64,000 nt of DNA from Macrostomum lignano (GCA_002269645.1 NIVC01000988.1:248001-312000), one strand, 5' to 3'; counted from the first letter of the stretch, positions 41,040 through 58,052 are shown. Numbers and translations: made by a program. Notes: generated by a model from the sequence alone, not told the origin.

Positions 41040-41920
41040 TGCTATCGGTGGATGCTTGCTATCTGGGGGATGCTTGCTTTCGGGGGTATGCTTGCTATCT
41101 GGGATATGCTTGCTATCTGGGGTATGCTTGCTATTGGGGGGATGCTTGCTATCGGTGGATGCTTGCTATCTGGAGGATGCTTGCTATCGGGGGTATGCTT
41201 GCTGTCAGGGGGATGCTTGCTATCTGGGGGATGCTTGCTATCTGGGGTATGCTTGCTGTCTGGGGGATGCTTGCTATCGGGGGGATGCTTGCTATCGGGG
41301 GGGATGCTTGCTATCGGGGGGATGCTTGCTATCTGAGGGATGCTTGCTATCTGAGGGATGCTTGCTATCTGAGGGATGCTTGCTATCTGAGGGATGCTTG
41401 CTATTTGGGGGATGCTTGCTATCTGGGGTATGCTTGCTATCTGGGGTATGCTTGCTGTCAGGGGGATGCTTGCTATCTGAGGGATGCTTGCTATCTGAGG
41501 GATGCTTGCTATTTGGGGGATGCTTGCTATCTGGGGTATGCTTGCTATCTGGGGTATGCTTGCTGTCAGGGGGATGCTTGCTATCTGAGGGATGCTTGCT
41601 ATCTGGGGGATGCTTGCTATCTGGGGTATGCTTGCTGTCTGGGGGATGCTTGCTATCTGGGGGGATGCTTGCTATCTGGGAGATGTTTGCTATCTGGGGG
41701 ATGCTTGCTATCTGGGGTATGCTTGCTGTCTGGGGGATGCTTGCTATCTGGGGGGATGCTTGCTGTCTGGGGGATGCTTGCTATCGGGGGGATGCTTGCT
41801 ATCTGGGGGATGCTTGCTGTCTGGGGGATGCTTGCTATCTAGAGGATGCTTACGGTCTGGGGGATGCTTGATATCTGGGGAAGGCTTGCGGTCTGGCGGA
41901 TGCTTGCATGCTGTCTGGGG
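41040..41920. repeat. 19-bp minisatellite (GATGCTTGCTATCTGGGGG)
   Basis: About 46 copies; an unexpanded homolog lies at ~43450. Confidence 0.95.
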
Positions 41921-42024
41921 ATGCTTGCTCTCTTGGTATGGTTTCTTTTTAGAGGGAATATCTGTTGTTTTTTGAAGGCTTTATTTCGCTGTCTATTTGT
42001 TACTTATAAAGAACAAATATTCTA

Positions 42025-42165
42025 TCCAGATGTCCCCCATCGGGGGGCAAAGATAGCTAGTCCATATACTAAAAAATGGTCTGTATGTGTCTCTATCTAT
42101 GTAATCGATTAGCGAAAAAACGGCTCAACCGATTTTCATGAGACTTGCACTGTTTGATCAGAAAT
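42025..42165 (+). mobile_element. Helitron-like 3' end (hairpin + CTAG) joined to a Helitron/HINE-like 5' end
   Basis: GTCCCCCATCGGGGGGC hairpin...CTAG|TCCATATACTAAAAAATG GTCTGTATGTGTCT...AAACGGCTCAACCGATTTT, resembling invertebrate non-autonomous Helitron starts. A second hairpin+CTAG lies at ~43697-43730. Confidence 0.5.
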
Positions 42166-42964
42166 TTTCCCGTAACGGTACATGTGTCTAAGTGAATAAT
42201 GATTAGCCAAATGTGGTTAACGATTTAGCAGAATACTATTAATTTCATTTTACGATAGATTCTCCACTTTGCAGCGTTCACAAAAACTGAACGCACTGCT
42301 GGAAAACTTTTAGTCAGCCCCGTCTGGATCGGTGTTAAATATCAGAGTTTGCAGTTGCCAAGACCAATGTTTGCATGTCGCACCAACTCTCACAAGTAAA
42401 GTAGCGGCAACATTTAGATTGCTTATTTGAGTTTTACAACCGGGTCTGAATTTTGCTCAAATAAGAATTCGCCTAACCTAGGTTTGGATATGGAACGTGA
42501 TTCTAACGGAATTTGCAAAATTTTATCTACAAATTTGTTAAAAACTGCATGGGTACCAACTCCAGTATCCAGATCAGGTTCCAGTAAGTAAATTTAGAGT
42601 GTGGAAATTGACAAACAATGGAGAATAAAAAAACTAATAATGGATATACGTTTTTCTGGAAAGTAAAATGACTTTTCTAAATTCTAGAAAGTCCTGCGAA
42701 GTTTGCATGCTTATGGCAATAGTGTGATTTTGTTTGCGAAGATTTTGCAGGAATATTTCACACGTTTTTCAAGGTAGAAAAGGCGAATTATTTCTTCTTG
42801 GTACAGCTATCGCAAGCTATAAAGCTATGAAGCTGCTTTGAGCTACCAAGAATGTCTTTTTATCTCTAATATTGTATAATCACAAAGCAGTTTTAAAGAT
42901 CCTTGTCATTTAGTGCGAGTAAATCGCTTTGACAATAAAAAGTTTTTGCCACCCATCCTTTATT

Positions 42965-43282
42965 AGAAGCAAAGGGGGTTGTGTGCACCCTGGCGCATTT
43001 TAAGCGACATTGTCGGCATTACTGCCCATTCCGCCGACTCCCCTGAGCAGGCACACAAGCGCGCGGATGCGTACGAAGTCATACGCACAGGCACACACTC
43101 ACACAGGAGTGTACAGCGGCCCTAACTTTATTTAAAAGTAGGAAACACTTCACTGTGCCTTGAGAAGGGGAGCAGACCCCAGCCGAGATTCCAATGTAGC
43201 CCCACGATAATGTGACTGCACTTGAAATCGAGCCTGGGCCGCTGGCACATGAGAGTGCCGCGCCAGACCACTGGGCTATAGC
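42965..43282 (-). mobile_element. tRNA-derived SINE, family 2, copy 1
   Basis: Minus-strand head GCTATAGCCCAGTGG...GGCTCGATTTC; body collinear with 54050-54412. Confidence 0.75.
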
Positions 43283-44125
43283 AATTCCCCCATGCATGAG
43301 CCTTTTTATAGTCGACAAGGGGATTCTTTATTGCACTATAGCTGAGGCGAGGATTAATTCACTTGATGAGAGAAATGCACTACCCGAGAAAGCTATTATT
43401 GCTTTAGCAGAGGAAATAGCTGCACTAGCTACATGTACTTGCTGTGTGGTGGATGCTTGCTATCTGGGCGATGCTTGCTGTCTTGGGAATGCTATCTATT
43501 CAGGGGGAATGCCTGTTATCTTTTTGAAGGCTTTATTTTGTTGCCATGTTGTTACTTTTAGAAAAAAAGAGATTTATAGCAAATATCTTTGTCCGTGACA
43601 ATTTTACTCGAATGAGATTATTTATAAAACTGAAGAAGGACTTGATCCTTAGGAAAATGTGCTTTTTGATGGATTAATTTTTGCTCCTTGTTTATTGGGC
43701 GCCCCGAAGGGGGGCACTAGATTGCTAGTTCAGTACTGAAAAATGCCTCACTTTTATGCGATTGTTTGCACTAATAATGCATATGCTCTGGGTAGAAGAA
43801 CATTAGATAATAAGCTCATAGCTCATAAGCTTTTAGCTGGAAAATGAAACCATTTATAACCAGATTTATTGTACTGACCGACTAAATAGAACGGTCTCTA
43901 AAAGCTTTAAAAAAAGTATTTATTTTAGTTTGTTCAGAGAGAAAAGAAGTTTTTTGAAATAAAAATTACATGTAAATTTTACTTTAATGAGAATTATCAT
44001 CGAAATTATACACCCCTATAAGTAGGGCAACACTAAGGCAGACTGTATCAGGACACTAAAACACGAGGAAAATACCAGACAAATATTTTAAATGGTAGCA
44101 GGTGGGCACACACTCACACTCTCAT

Positions 44126-44610
<485 letters not shown>

Positions 44611-44640
44611 TCAGACAGCAGTCAAGGTCAGCAGTCAAGG

Positions 44641-47742
<3,102 letters not shown>

Positions 47743-49616
47743 TTTTCACAGTCGCAATAGCTTCTGTCACAGGGCTGAGGAATAAGGTTATTTCGTCTAA
47801 AAGTTGGCCTTCTTCGGGGGGGGAGGAGCAAAGAATCTGTCAAATTTCTGCTTTTCAGTTTCTTTTCCAAAATTTCATAGATGCACATAGCCTTGTTAAA
47901 TTATTAATGATCACTGCAGACCTGCAGCTCACTGCTTATAACTGGATAAGGATTGCAATTTTTGGCCTATTGTTGGGAGACTATAAAGCAGCAGCTGGAT
48001 AGCTTCATCCAACAGTTTTTCCTGCATCCTGTGTGGGTGTCTCCTTTTCCCTGTTACTGTGCGAGCGAATTAGTCCGCTTTCACGTTGCCATGACAACGC
48101 CAGCTTGAAGAATCAGAATATAATTCTTTATTCATAGAAGGAAGAAAAGACTCCAGTTAGCAAGTCTATCAACTTTCAGGCCCAGAAATGAAGTCTGTTG
48201 GCTTTGAATAGTTTATTAAGTTTGCATAAATAATCAACTTTGCCATAAGTGTAAAGGAACCACCCTAATGACAAAGCCAAGTTCGACTTTGATCAGTGAA
48301 CTCAATCGGTAATAGAGTGAGAATCAATGTCAAGTTCCTTTCTAGACAATTATATTAGAACGATATAAGTCCTTTAGATATCGTCAAATATTCGCATCCT
48401 TCTATAGTGCATATAATTTTTCATCGTCAATTCTTTTTTCAGTTTACGGTCGTAATGATAAGTTTACAGTGAAAGCAAGATTTCAGATTTTCCTACTTAA
48501 AGTAGCATTTCGCCTAAAATAATTTTTTGTTTCGCTGCAACAGGTAGCAACAAATTCACCCGTTTTCTGGACTTTTGAATTGCAATGGATAAATAATCAG
48601 CGATCCCAGTGCGTGACAACGATTGTCTGGCGAGCGCCGGTAGGCGCGAGCCATAGACAATGGGAGATTATACATACGGTACTAGAGGTAAACAATAAGC
48701 AAAATCACGAGTGGCAAAATCACAATAATCTTTGCTTATTGTTTAACGATAGTACCGTATGTATAGACTTATTGTCACTATCGTTTAACATACTCGACTA
48801 GAAGCATTGTTTAACGCTGAAGCGTTGTTTAACGATGTCTCAGCGAATCAGAAACGTCCTAGACTGCGCAGGTTTTGGCCACAGACATCGACAACGACAT
48901 CGACACTGCCATAGGAAGCGCTATGGAGCGATTCCAACTGTACCATAGACTATCGAGTGAATATTTTCAATCATCGTTAAACAATCAATCTTTGACTGAA
49001 GCGTTGTTAGTATGGTAAACCATAGTAACAATCGTTGTCACGCACTGCGACCGCTGATTCTTTGCATTGTTTTTCTGTTTGACGATCCTACAGACAATGC
49101 ATTGTTTGTAGTAATGGATTGTTCTGCATTAAAAATGTGAATAATGATCGTCAAATTGCTAAACAATGAAGAGTGTAGAGTGCTTTTTTCTAGACTAAAT
49201 CTGTCTATGGCCAAAACCCCCATTTAGCGCCGGGCATGAGAGCAATTCTTCGCAAAATTCGCTCAGTAAACACAAACCTTAAGCTGTATTCAAGGACTCC
49301 TCCAGTAGAAAGACGGAAAACTACGTTTCTTGGAAAGTTTTTGATGGCAAATTTTACCTATCGATCTATCAAAGTGCCTAAAAATCAAAAAGGAGAAACC
49401 CAACGCGTTGGTTTTATGAATCCATTTTATAATTCTGTTGCACATTTCTCGTTCTACGAGTATTAGAATTTGGAAGTCCAGATAGTGAGAATTTATAGCG
49501 CTTAAAACATGGATTGTCACTTTTTTCCTTCAACTGTACCAGCGCACCAATCTTGTAACTTGTAAAACAACGAAACATCAATGAATGGATTGGTAAATTG
49601 ATTTTCAATTCATGAA

Positions 49617-50342
49617 TCATGAGTTTCTGAGCAGAATGCAGCGATGCACCCTAAACAGGAAGCCGCTGCCCGCGAACAGCAGACCCAGCAGCCATATCAG
49701 GATGCTGATCACCAGAATGGCTGGCATAACAAACTTGGTGGATCTGCACATCACCAGACTATGAGCATGGCAGCTCACTGGTTTGTATCGCAGTCGATTT
49801 TGCTCAGTCCGGACAATTGTCAGACACAGCTCATCGTCTACCAACGCTTGGACCGGAGACGCACCATCCACAAACATCGATGGGGTGAACCGAGCTTGCC
49901 TAGCCGTCAGACACCAGGGTCGCAATGAGTCGCTCAACAGCAGGCCGTCCCAATAGTAGGTCAGACCGCGCGTCGGCTCCAGCCGGGCACCCACCAGCAC
50001 GCCGCTGCCGTTAATCTCGAGATGCTTCAACAGCAGCTGCTCCAACAGCAGGTGATGCCGATCGCACCTGCTGGCATTGAAGTCGCAGACCAGTGCGTCA
50101 GCCAGGGTACCGGACATTATGTTGCAGACGGTGTCCCTGGCCAACGAATAGGTGGCTCGGAATGCGTCAGTCTCATTCCCGAGCGCCAACAGGTAGCACG
50201 AGTTGGCTACCCGGTGCCAATTGCGCTTGCAGGTGTACTCTTCTTCATCTTCTGACGCTGCATCCTCGACTGAGTAGGCCCCGCTTAGCAACAAGTTAAT
50301 GATGATGGCTAATGAACAGGTAATTGACCAAGGCATTAGCAT
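49617..50342 (-). CDS. Type I membrane protein with a C-type lectin-like domain, single exon, 241 aa
   Basis: Signal peptide; CKRNWHRVANSCY, A..C, YYWDG, C...C..C...MC pattern; hydrophobic segment ILVISILIWLLGLLFAGSGFLF and short tail. Confidence 0.78.
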   Translation of the reverse strand: MLMPWSITCSLAIIINLLLSGAYSVEDAASEDEEEYTCKRNWHRVANSCYLLALGNETDAFRATYSLARDTVCNIMSGTLADALVCDFNASRCDRHHLLLEQLLLKHLEINGSGVLVGARLEPTRGLTYYWDGLLLSDSLRPWCLTARQARFTPSMFVDGASPVQALVDDELCLTIVRTEQNRLRYKPVSCHAHSLVMCRSTKFVMPAILVISILIWLLGLLFAGSGFLFRVHRCILLRNS

Positions 50343-50903
50343 TTTTATTGATTGTTTAATTACTCAACTGACAATTGAGACTGCCCTACGTGTGTAAATG
50401 CCAGTATTGAAAGTCAATTTCTCGCTTGACTAAGAAATATCTGTGGCATAACCAGCATAATAAGACAACTCCAAGTGTATCTCTACTCAATGTTGGCAAC
50501 ACAAGCAAGCCAAGGAATACTTAAGTATAAGGTCGGGAACTACGTTTCTTGGAAATTTTTTGGAGGCAGATTTCACCCAAAACATACATCACAGAGATTA
50601 AAGAGGTTTTCATTTTTCAGCACACAAATTGTTATTGCTTTTCATAGAAGGCAGACACAATGTTCATCTTTTGATATATCTGCCTTTCTTATAGCTCTAT
50701 TGATATTCATAAATGTTTTCGTTTAAAAATGAATATTCTACGCTCGTACATGTTAATTCTCCGTATTACCTCCGTAATGTAATTTTTCAGTAAAACCGGC
50801 CTTCTAATATTTTCCAAGAAACGTAGTTTCCCGGCCTTATACTTGAGTAGTTGAATCGAACAGGTACGCGATGAGATCACTGATGCTTTTTAGTGATGCT
50901 TTT

Positions 50904-51050
50904 CAGTCAGTCAGTCAGTCAGTCAGTCAGTCAGTCAGTCAGTCAGTCAGTCAGTCAGTCAGTCAGTCAGTCAGTCAGTCAGTCAGTCAGTCAGTCAGTC
51001 AGTCAGTCAGTCAGTCAGTCAGTCAGTCAGTCAGTCAGTCAGTCAGTCAG
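50904..51050. repeat. (TCAG)n microsatellite
   Basis: Direct observation. Confidence 0.98.
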
Positions 51051-51352
51051 TTTGCTCAGCCCTTGCCGTCTCAGCCTTCGAAGAAACCGCCGCCTCCGAA
51101 TCTTCAGCCTGCGCAGCCGCCGTTTCTGTCGTCGAACACGGCACCGAGCCGCCACCGCCCGAGCTTCGAGGCGTCGCCATTTCGCCGCAGTTCCGCGGAT
51201 TCGTCCAACCAGCCGATGGAATCGGCGCCTCAAGCTGGCGACCCGGTCTGCGCTGGTCGCGATGCCCTTCATGGTGGCCTGTCCGAGGTTTGAATGATGA
51301 GATTTGAACAGAAATCCGACTGTAAGTAACTAACTGACTAACTAACTAACTG

Positions 51353-51391
<39 letters not shown>

Positions 51392-51398
51392 GACTAAT

Positions 51399-51451
<53 letters not shown>

Positions 51452-51452
51452 G

Positions 51453-51491
<39 letters not shown>

Positions 51492-51492
51492 G

Positions 51493-51551
<59 letters not shown>

Positions 51552-51552
51552 G

Positions 51553-51639
<87 letters not shown>

Positions 51640-53230
51640 GACTAACTAACTAACTAACTAACTGACTAACTGACTAACTAACTAACTAACTATCTATCTA
51701 ACTGTCGTTCTCTCAACTCACCTGCTGCTTCTTCTTGGACATTTTGGCGGCCTCTTTGATCCGCCTCAAAAGCCTCCGCCGGCGAATCTCCAGAGCATCA
51801 ATTCGACGTTCGAAGCGTCGACGCCTCGCCCGCAGCCGCGCCAGCCGTCGCCGCAGACGAACTCGCCGATGCTGCAGGTGAATCTCGCGTCGCTTGAGCA
51901 GGTCAACTCGCTGCGTCTCGTGGCGCAGCTGAAATTCAAAATGCTCAAATCGGTTTTCAATTCGACGCTTCAACATCTCTTTGAAGTTGGCAGCATTGAC
52001 TGCCACTCGCGGTTTAGGAGGCCGCTGCAGAAGTTTCACATTGTCATGTAGTCCAAGTCTGGAGGAAAGTGTGCTGAAACTCTTGGCTACTTTGTGCAGC
52101 GCCTCTTTTCGTTCCCGCTGTTTGGTCAGCTCCTGGTTCTTGTCAACATCCAACTTCTTGATTTGCTCGGCTAGATTATTTGTCACTGAAGAGTTACTGA
52201 CTTGCTGCTTGACACTGCTAAGTCTTAGTTTCGCTAATTTTTCATCAATTTTAGCCAACTTTCGTTTGGACTTCAGCGCTGCTTTGGCGATTCGGCGGAA
52301 ATCCTTCATGTGATGGTACACGAGCGCCGAGTAGCGCCAGACATCCTCTCGACTTTTCAACTCCAGGGGGCGACGGCTGGAGGCGGGGTCGTCCTTCTTG
52401 CTAAACTTTGCCATGCGTTTCACGGAGAAGATTTTCCACCGTTTCAAGCTGGTTATCAGGAACCGGTGTCGTTCAACGATGTCAGACAGCTGTACTTGAG
52501 TTCGCTCGTTGAGCACACCGATTCGCCTTCCAAGAGTCTGTCTACGTCGGAACAGTCGGCGAACTCGATGCCTGAGCGCTGCTCGCTGAACCTCAAGGGC
52601 GCGAATCCACAGGGTGTGCCTGGCAAGCTGTAGCCTGACACTGGATCTCGCCTCCTTGACCTTGCCAGACGCTCTCCTGCTAGCTCTCAGCATCTTCTGC
52701 AGGCGTTTCAAACTGGCCCGTCTAGCCTGAGCCAGTCTGGTCTGCTTCCTCAGAGCCGTTATCCGACGCCTGAGTCGTTTCAACCGCTGTTTGAGCATTC
52801 GATCGTGTTTACGAATACGATTGATTCGATATCTAAAGAGCAACGTCCGTCTCGTGTCGCGTAGGTAGGCTTTCTGCTCGTTGCGAAACCGGTTCATCAC
52901 CCGGCTGATCGAGCGGCCGTGGAGATGCGGGCCTTCCGGTTTGATTGAAACGGTGGTTCCACCTGCTGGTTCCGTAGCGCTTCGGTTCAGGCGCCTCTCG
53001 AGTAGGCCTGTCAGGTGCTTTATCTGGCTCAGAATGTTCTCATTCTGCTTTGAGACGTGCGACTGACCGTCACTGTATTGCCTGATCAAGTGTCGGACTT
53101 GATGATGAAGCAGAGTCCCGTTGAAGCCATTTGAGTAACTGGCTCTCACTGCTTCTGCTTTTGGGGTCAATCCAAAAATTAGCAACCTAAGAAGCCAACA
53201 AAGGTGAACAACTGAGCTTATTATGTTCAT
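51039..53230 (-). CDS. Secreted, highly Arg/Lys-rich coiled-coil protein; 2 exons (53230-51722, 51278-51039); about 580 aa
   Basis: Signal-like MNIISSVVHLCWLLRLLIFGLTPKAEA; 1.5-kb non-repetitive ORF; donor CAGCAG|gtgagt in phase with acceptor ggacag|GCCACC leading to a second Arg-rich ORF. Confidence 0.75.
51326..51700. repeat. (TAAC)n microsatellite in the intron of the cationic-protein gene
   Basis: Direct observation. Confidence 0.97.
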
Positions 53231-53574
53231 AGCTTATCAGAGTCTTTAATCTCGTTGATATCAACAGTTAGGGACTGGGATTAAAAAGTCCTTCGAAGGC
53301 AACTACGCGATCAACTTTATCGAATTGACTGGCGAGCAAGCCGCGTACAGAGAGTTAACTGTGTAGCCAGTCTACTGGGTTTCAAAATTTCCAATCAATA
53401 ATTGATTTTATCAATACAGTGTGCATTATAAAACTTTATAGTATCACACAATTAATCAATAGACAAGGAGCTTTGCTAAAGTAGCTTAAGCCACAGCAGT
53501 GCGAGTTTATGCTGTCCCTGAGCGTTTGCCCTGAGCTTTCCTGAGCCCTTGAGTCGGAAAGACGCTTCTTCCAT

Positions 53575-53855
<281 letters not shown>

Positions 53856-54049
53856 TGATAGAACTGCGTTAAAACAGATTATGCGTTTATAATGTTAATG
53901 TTTTTTTTAATGTTACTTATGACTTCGACAAGTAGTTCCTAGAAACTACTTTCAGTAGTTAAACTCAAAAACTTGCAAAATAAACATACAACTTCTCTTG
54001 GCAAAGAGCCAAAGCATGGCCGATGCCCGCCTCCCTAACTGATTAGCAT

Positions 54050-54412
54050 TTTTTTTTAATTAGAGGCAGGGGGGTTGTGTGCACCCTGGCGCAATTTAAG
54101 CGTCATTGGCACACAACCGGCGAGAGGCATTACTGCCCATTCTGCCGACTCCCCTGAGCAGGCATACAAGCGCGCGGATACGTTACGCAGGCACACACTT
54201 ACACAGGAGTGTACAGCGGCCCTAACTTTATCAATTGTTAGGCATGTACACTTCACTGCGCCTTGGGGGGTTGGCTCTCAAGGCCGTTAATTGCACAAGC
54301 GAGCCAAGCCAAGATTCCAATCCAGCCCCAAATCAATGTGGCTGCACTTGGAATCGAGCCTGGGTCGCGGCACACCAGAGCAGCTGCGCTACCGCTGGGC
54401 TACGGCCCCCCA
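54050..54412 (-). mobile_element. tRNA-derived SINE, family 2, copy 2 (full length)
   Basis: A box TAGCCCAGCGG, B box GGCTCGATTCC; poly(A) tail; 14-bp TSD TAACTGATTAGCAT at 54036 and 54413. Confidence 0.88.
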
Positions 54413-54924
54413 TAACTGATTAGCATAGTATTGATGAATTTTATCGGATTCCTAATGATGAATTTGGCCTAATTAGGAGGGAGCAGCGTGTAAAGAAATA
54501 ATCCAAGCAAAGTACAGTCAGAATGGACACATTTCTGAGGGCCGAATACTCATCAGTTCTGTTCTATTTATAGACTGCCTGAGCTTCCGCAAGGCATAGT
54601 AGATGATGAACACACTATTTAACATATCCGATAGTGCCATGAATGTTATCTTAGAGAAATAGAATTCACCAAGCCGATCCAAAAATTTGGTATCGTCATA
54701 AAAATATGAATTAAAAATGAACGCAAAATTACTTGAGCAAGCAGATTGATATTTTTAGTGCCCATATTTGTAAGTGCTATCAGTACGAAAGCAGACAATT
54801 AAGGTTATTTGTTGGGTGGGGAATTTCCATCAAAGAACACGGGTATCAAAATGATTCTTAACGCGCTCTTGCTGTTGAGCACGTGACACAACTGCTAAAT
54901 TGTAATTATCAGACATGTGGCATG

Positions 54925-55310
54925 GCAGCCCTAATTAAATAATCAGCAGGTGCAGGTGCACGGCAGCCCTAAATAAATAATTAGATAGGTGCACGGCAGC
55001 CCTAATTAAATAATTAGACAGGTGGCACGGCAGCTCTAATTAAATAATCAGATAGGTGCACGGCAGCCCTAATTAAATGATCAAACAGGTGGCCCAGCAG
55101 CCCTAATTAAATAATCAGACAGGTGGCCCAGCAGCCCTAATTAAATAATCAGATAGGTGCACGGCAGCCCTAATTAAATAATCAAACAGGTGGCCCAGCA
55201 GCCCTAATTAAATAATCAGACAGGTGGCCCAGCAGCCCTAATTAAATAATCGGCAGGTGCACAGCAGCCCTAATTAAATAATCAAACAGGTGGCCCAGTA
55301 GCCCTAGCTA
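54925..55310. repeat. 34-bp minisatellite (CAGCCCTAATTAAATAATCAGACAGGTGGCCCAG)
   Basis: CAGGTGGCCC at 55086 and 55120. Confidence 0.9.
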
Positions 55311-56337
55311 CGTACGTAATTATCAGATAAAATGGTCATAGGGTAAAGTACATGTGTTCTTTAAAAGGACTTTTTCCCGAGTGCACGGCACTAAATGAGA
55401 TTTTACCATAGACAGAGAAGCGAAAAATCTGTCTATGAAAAATACATGAAAGGGATTATGTACAATTTCTATTAAATTGAGCCCATTAAATTTTGTCCAT
55501 ATAGTTCCAATGGTCCTTGTATGAATAAAATAGAATAACTAATAATTGTGAGAATCGATGTAGCCAGTTAGTTACCGACGCCTTAACTATTAATATAGTT
55601 AATCGTTTTCGCAGCTTCTAGTAGCTATTATATATTATATATTAATTCCCACAATTTGCATTCCATCAACGATCGCAACAGTCACCCTTGTGCAATTCTT
55701 AGCATGCACTCGTGAATATATACTTCTGACAGAAAGAATGGCTTAGGCGATGGGGGGATGGGAGGGGTTTCTGTGCCATGGAATATTCTGATAAATCACA
55801 GTCTGTGTGCGTCACAGAGAGGGGAGGAGAGGGAGAATCGCACCCACCAGAAACAGCTCCATCCACCCCCGCATTCCACAGCGCATCCGTTCTAGTTAGT
55901 TAAGACTTCAACTTGTATCGTTATTGTACTATAAACATTAGCTGCACTTAATATTTTGCCTATGTAGTAATAAACGCCAACTATAAACATAACTGAAACC
56001 TTTTTTGCCATCCAAGCTTTCTTGGAATTCAAAAAATGCGGTTGGCAAAAGTATGGGAAAAAAGTAATAATTATGCATCTTCAAGAACCTTATCATGAGA
56101 TAAACAATTTTATAAGCTGTTTACTGTCTTTAAAGTCCAACTGCACTTCTATTCTAATTATTTTTTAATCTGCGTGAAAATGAAACAATCTTTTATTGAT
56201 AATGGATCGTAAATTTGTACTTTGTTTACAATTTAAAATAATTCAGTCAAAAGTAAGGAAGTGAAAAATGTTACCGAAGCTGGTAATGGTGTAAGTCTAT
56301 GGTAAAAACTCAATGCTGATGTCTATATAGTCCAATT

Positions 56338-57455
56338 ATCATGACCGAAGCCGATAAGTGTGTTAATAGTCTATGGTAAAAATGGATGCTGCTGTGCAAC
56401 CTTCTTTGTGTTGATGTCTATGGCCCAATTATCATGACCGAAGCCGATAAGTGTGTTAATAGTCTATGGTAAAAATGGATGCTGCTGTGCAACCTTCTTT
56501 GTGTTGATGTCTATGGCCCAATTATCATGACCGAAGCCGATAAGTGTGTTAATAGTCTATGGTAAAAATGGATGCTGCTGTGCAACCTTCTTTGTGCTGA
56601 TGTCTATGGCCCAATTATCATGACCGAAGCCGATAAGTGTGTTAATAGTCTATGGTAAAAATGGATGCTGCTGTGCAACCTTCTTTGTGCTGATGTCTAT
56701 GGCCCAATTATCATGACCGAAGCCGATAAGTGTGTTAATAGTCTATGGTAAAAATGGATGCTGCTGTGCAACCTTCTTTGTGCTGATGTCTATGGCCCAA
56801 TTATCATGACCGAAGCCGATAAGTGTGTTAATAGTCTATGGTAAAAATGGATGCTGCTGTGCAACCTTCTTTGTGCTGATGTCTATGGCCCAATTATCAT
56901 GACCGAAGCCGATAAGTGTGTTAATAGTCTATGGTAAAAATGGATGCTGCTGTGCAACCTTCTTTGTGCTGATGTCTATGGCCCAATTATCATGACCGAA
57001 GCCGATAAGTGTGTTAATAGTCTATGGTAAAAATGGATGCTGCTGTGCAACCTTCTTTGTGCTGATGTCTATGGCCCAATTATCATGACCGAAGCCGATA
57101 AGTGTGTTAATAGTCTATGGTAAAAATGGATGCTGCTGTGCAACCTTCTTTGTGCTGATGTCTATGGCCCAATTATCATGACCGAAGCCGATAAGTGTGT
57201 TAATAGTCTATGGTAAAAATGGATGCTGCTGTGCAACCTTCTTTGTGCTGATGTCTATGGCCCAATTATCATGACCGAAGCCGATAAGTGTGTTAATAGT
57301 CTATGGTAAAAATGGATGCTGCTGTGCAACCTTCTTTGTGCTGATGTCTATGGCCCAATTATCATGACCGAAGCCGATAAGTGTGTTAATAGTCTATGGT
57401 AAAAATGGATGCTGCTGTGCAACCTTCTTTGTGCTGATGTCTATGGCCCAATTAT
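56338..57455. repeat. 93-bp tandem repeat, 12 near-identical copies
   Basis: ATGACCGAAG at 56341 and 56434, etc. Confidence 0.97.
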
Positions 57456-57929
57456 CAACAATTGATTGGCAGTATTGTCTATGCCCAAGCGCAGTTCTGA
57501 GGCAGTGGCTACTGCTGCAGCCAATTGGGATTGTCCACCTCGATCGGCTTAATGACCAACTTGACTTAACAAAATACGAGCGCTTTCTTGCTTTATTTGA
57601 AATTCGGCTAGCAGTAGAAAACTGAGAAAGCCTTATCTACCAATCAGTTTCTTCAGTGAACCCCCGCCCCAGGCCTCCAGTGAAATTTGCACAATCTGCG
57701 AGTGCAGTGACCTTTTAGTTTAGTTGTCCATGATAGCTGCTCTCGTCCAATCATCTCACCCCATACTCCCCGATATCTGAGATTGTTCATTCCTCCAATC
57801 CAACCAAGTCCCAATACATTTAGCAATCCGTGACAGAAGATTCCCCAAGAAAATCCTTCCATTTCAGATTCCGAGACCACGTGATGTATGGAATTTTTTG
57901 CTCTTCTAAAATTAGACTCCGATTGTGAC

Positions 57930-57937
57930 TATAAATA
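57930..57937 (+). promoter_or_regulatory. Candidate TATA box (TATAAATA) for the small secreted protein gene
   Basis: About 120 bp upstream of the ATG at 58053, followed ~25-30 nt later by a CAGTCA initiator-like sequence. Confidence 0.55.
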
Positions 57938-58052
57938 CCGCCACAATTGGAGGCTGTCAGCAGTCAGCTCGGAGAGAAACGCACGCAAAGATTAACAGGC
58001 CTACTACGGGTATACAACAGCTTTGGAAACCGATAAAAATACAGCCATCATA

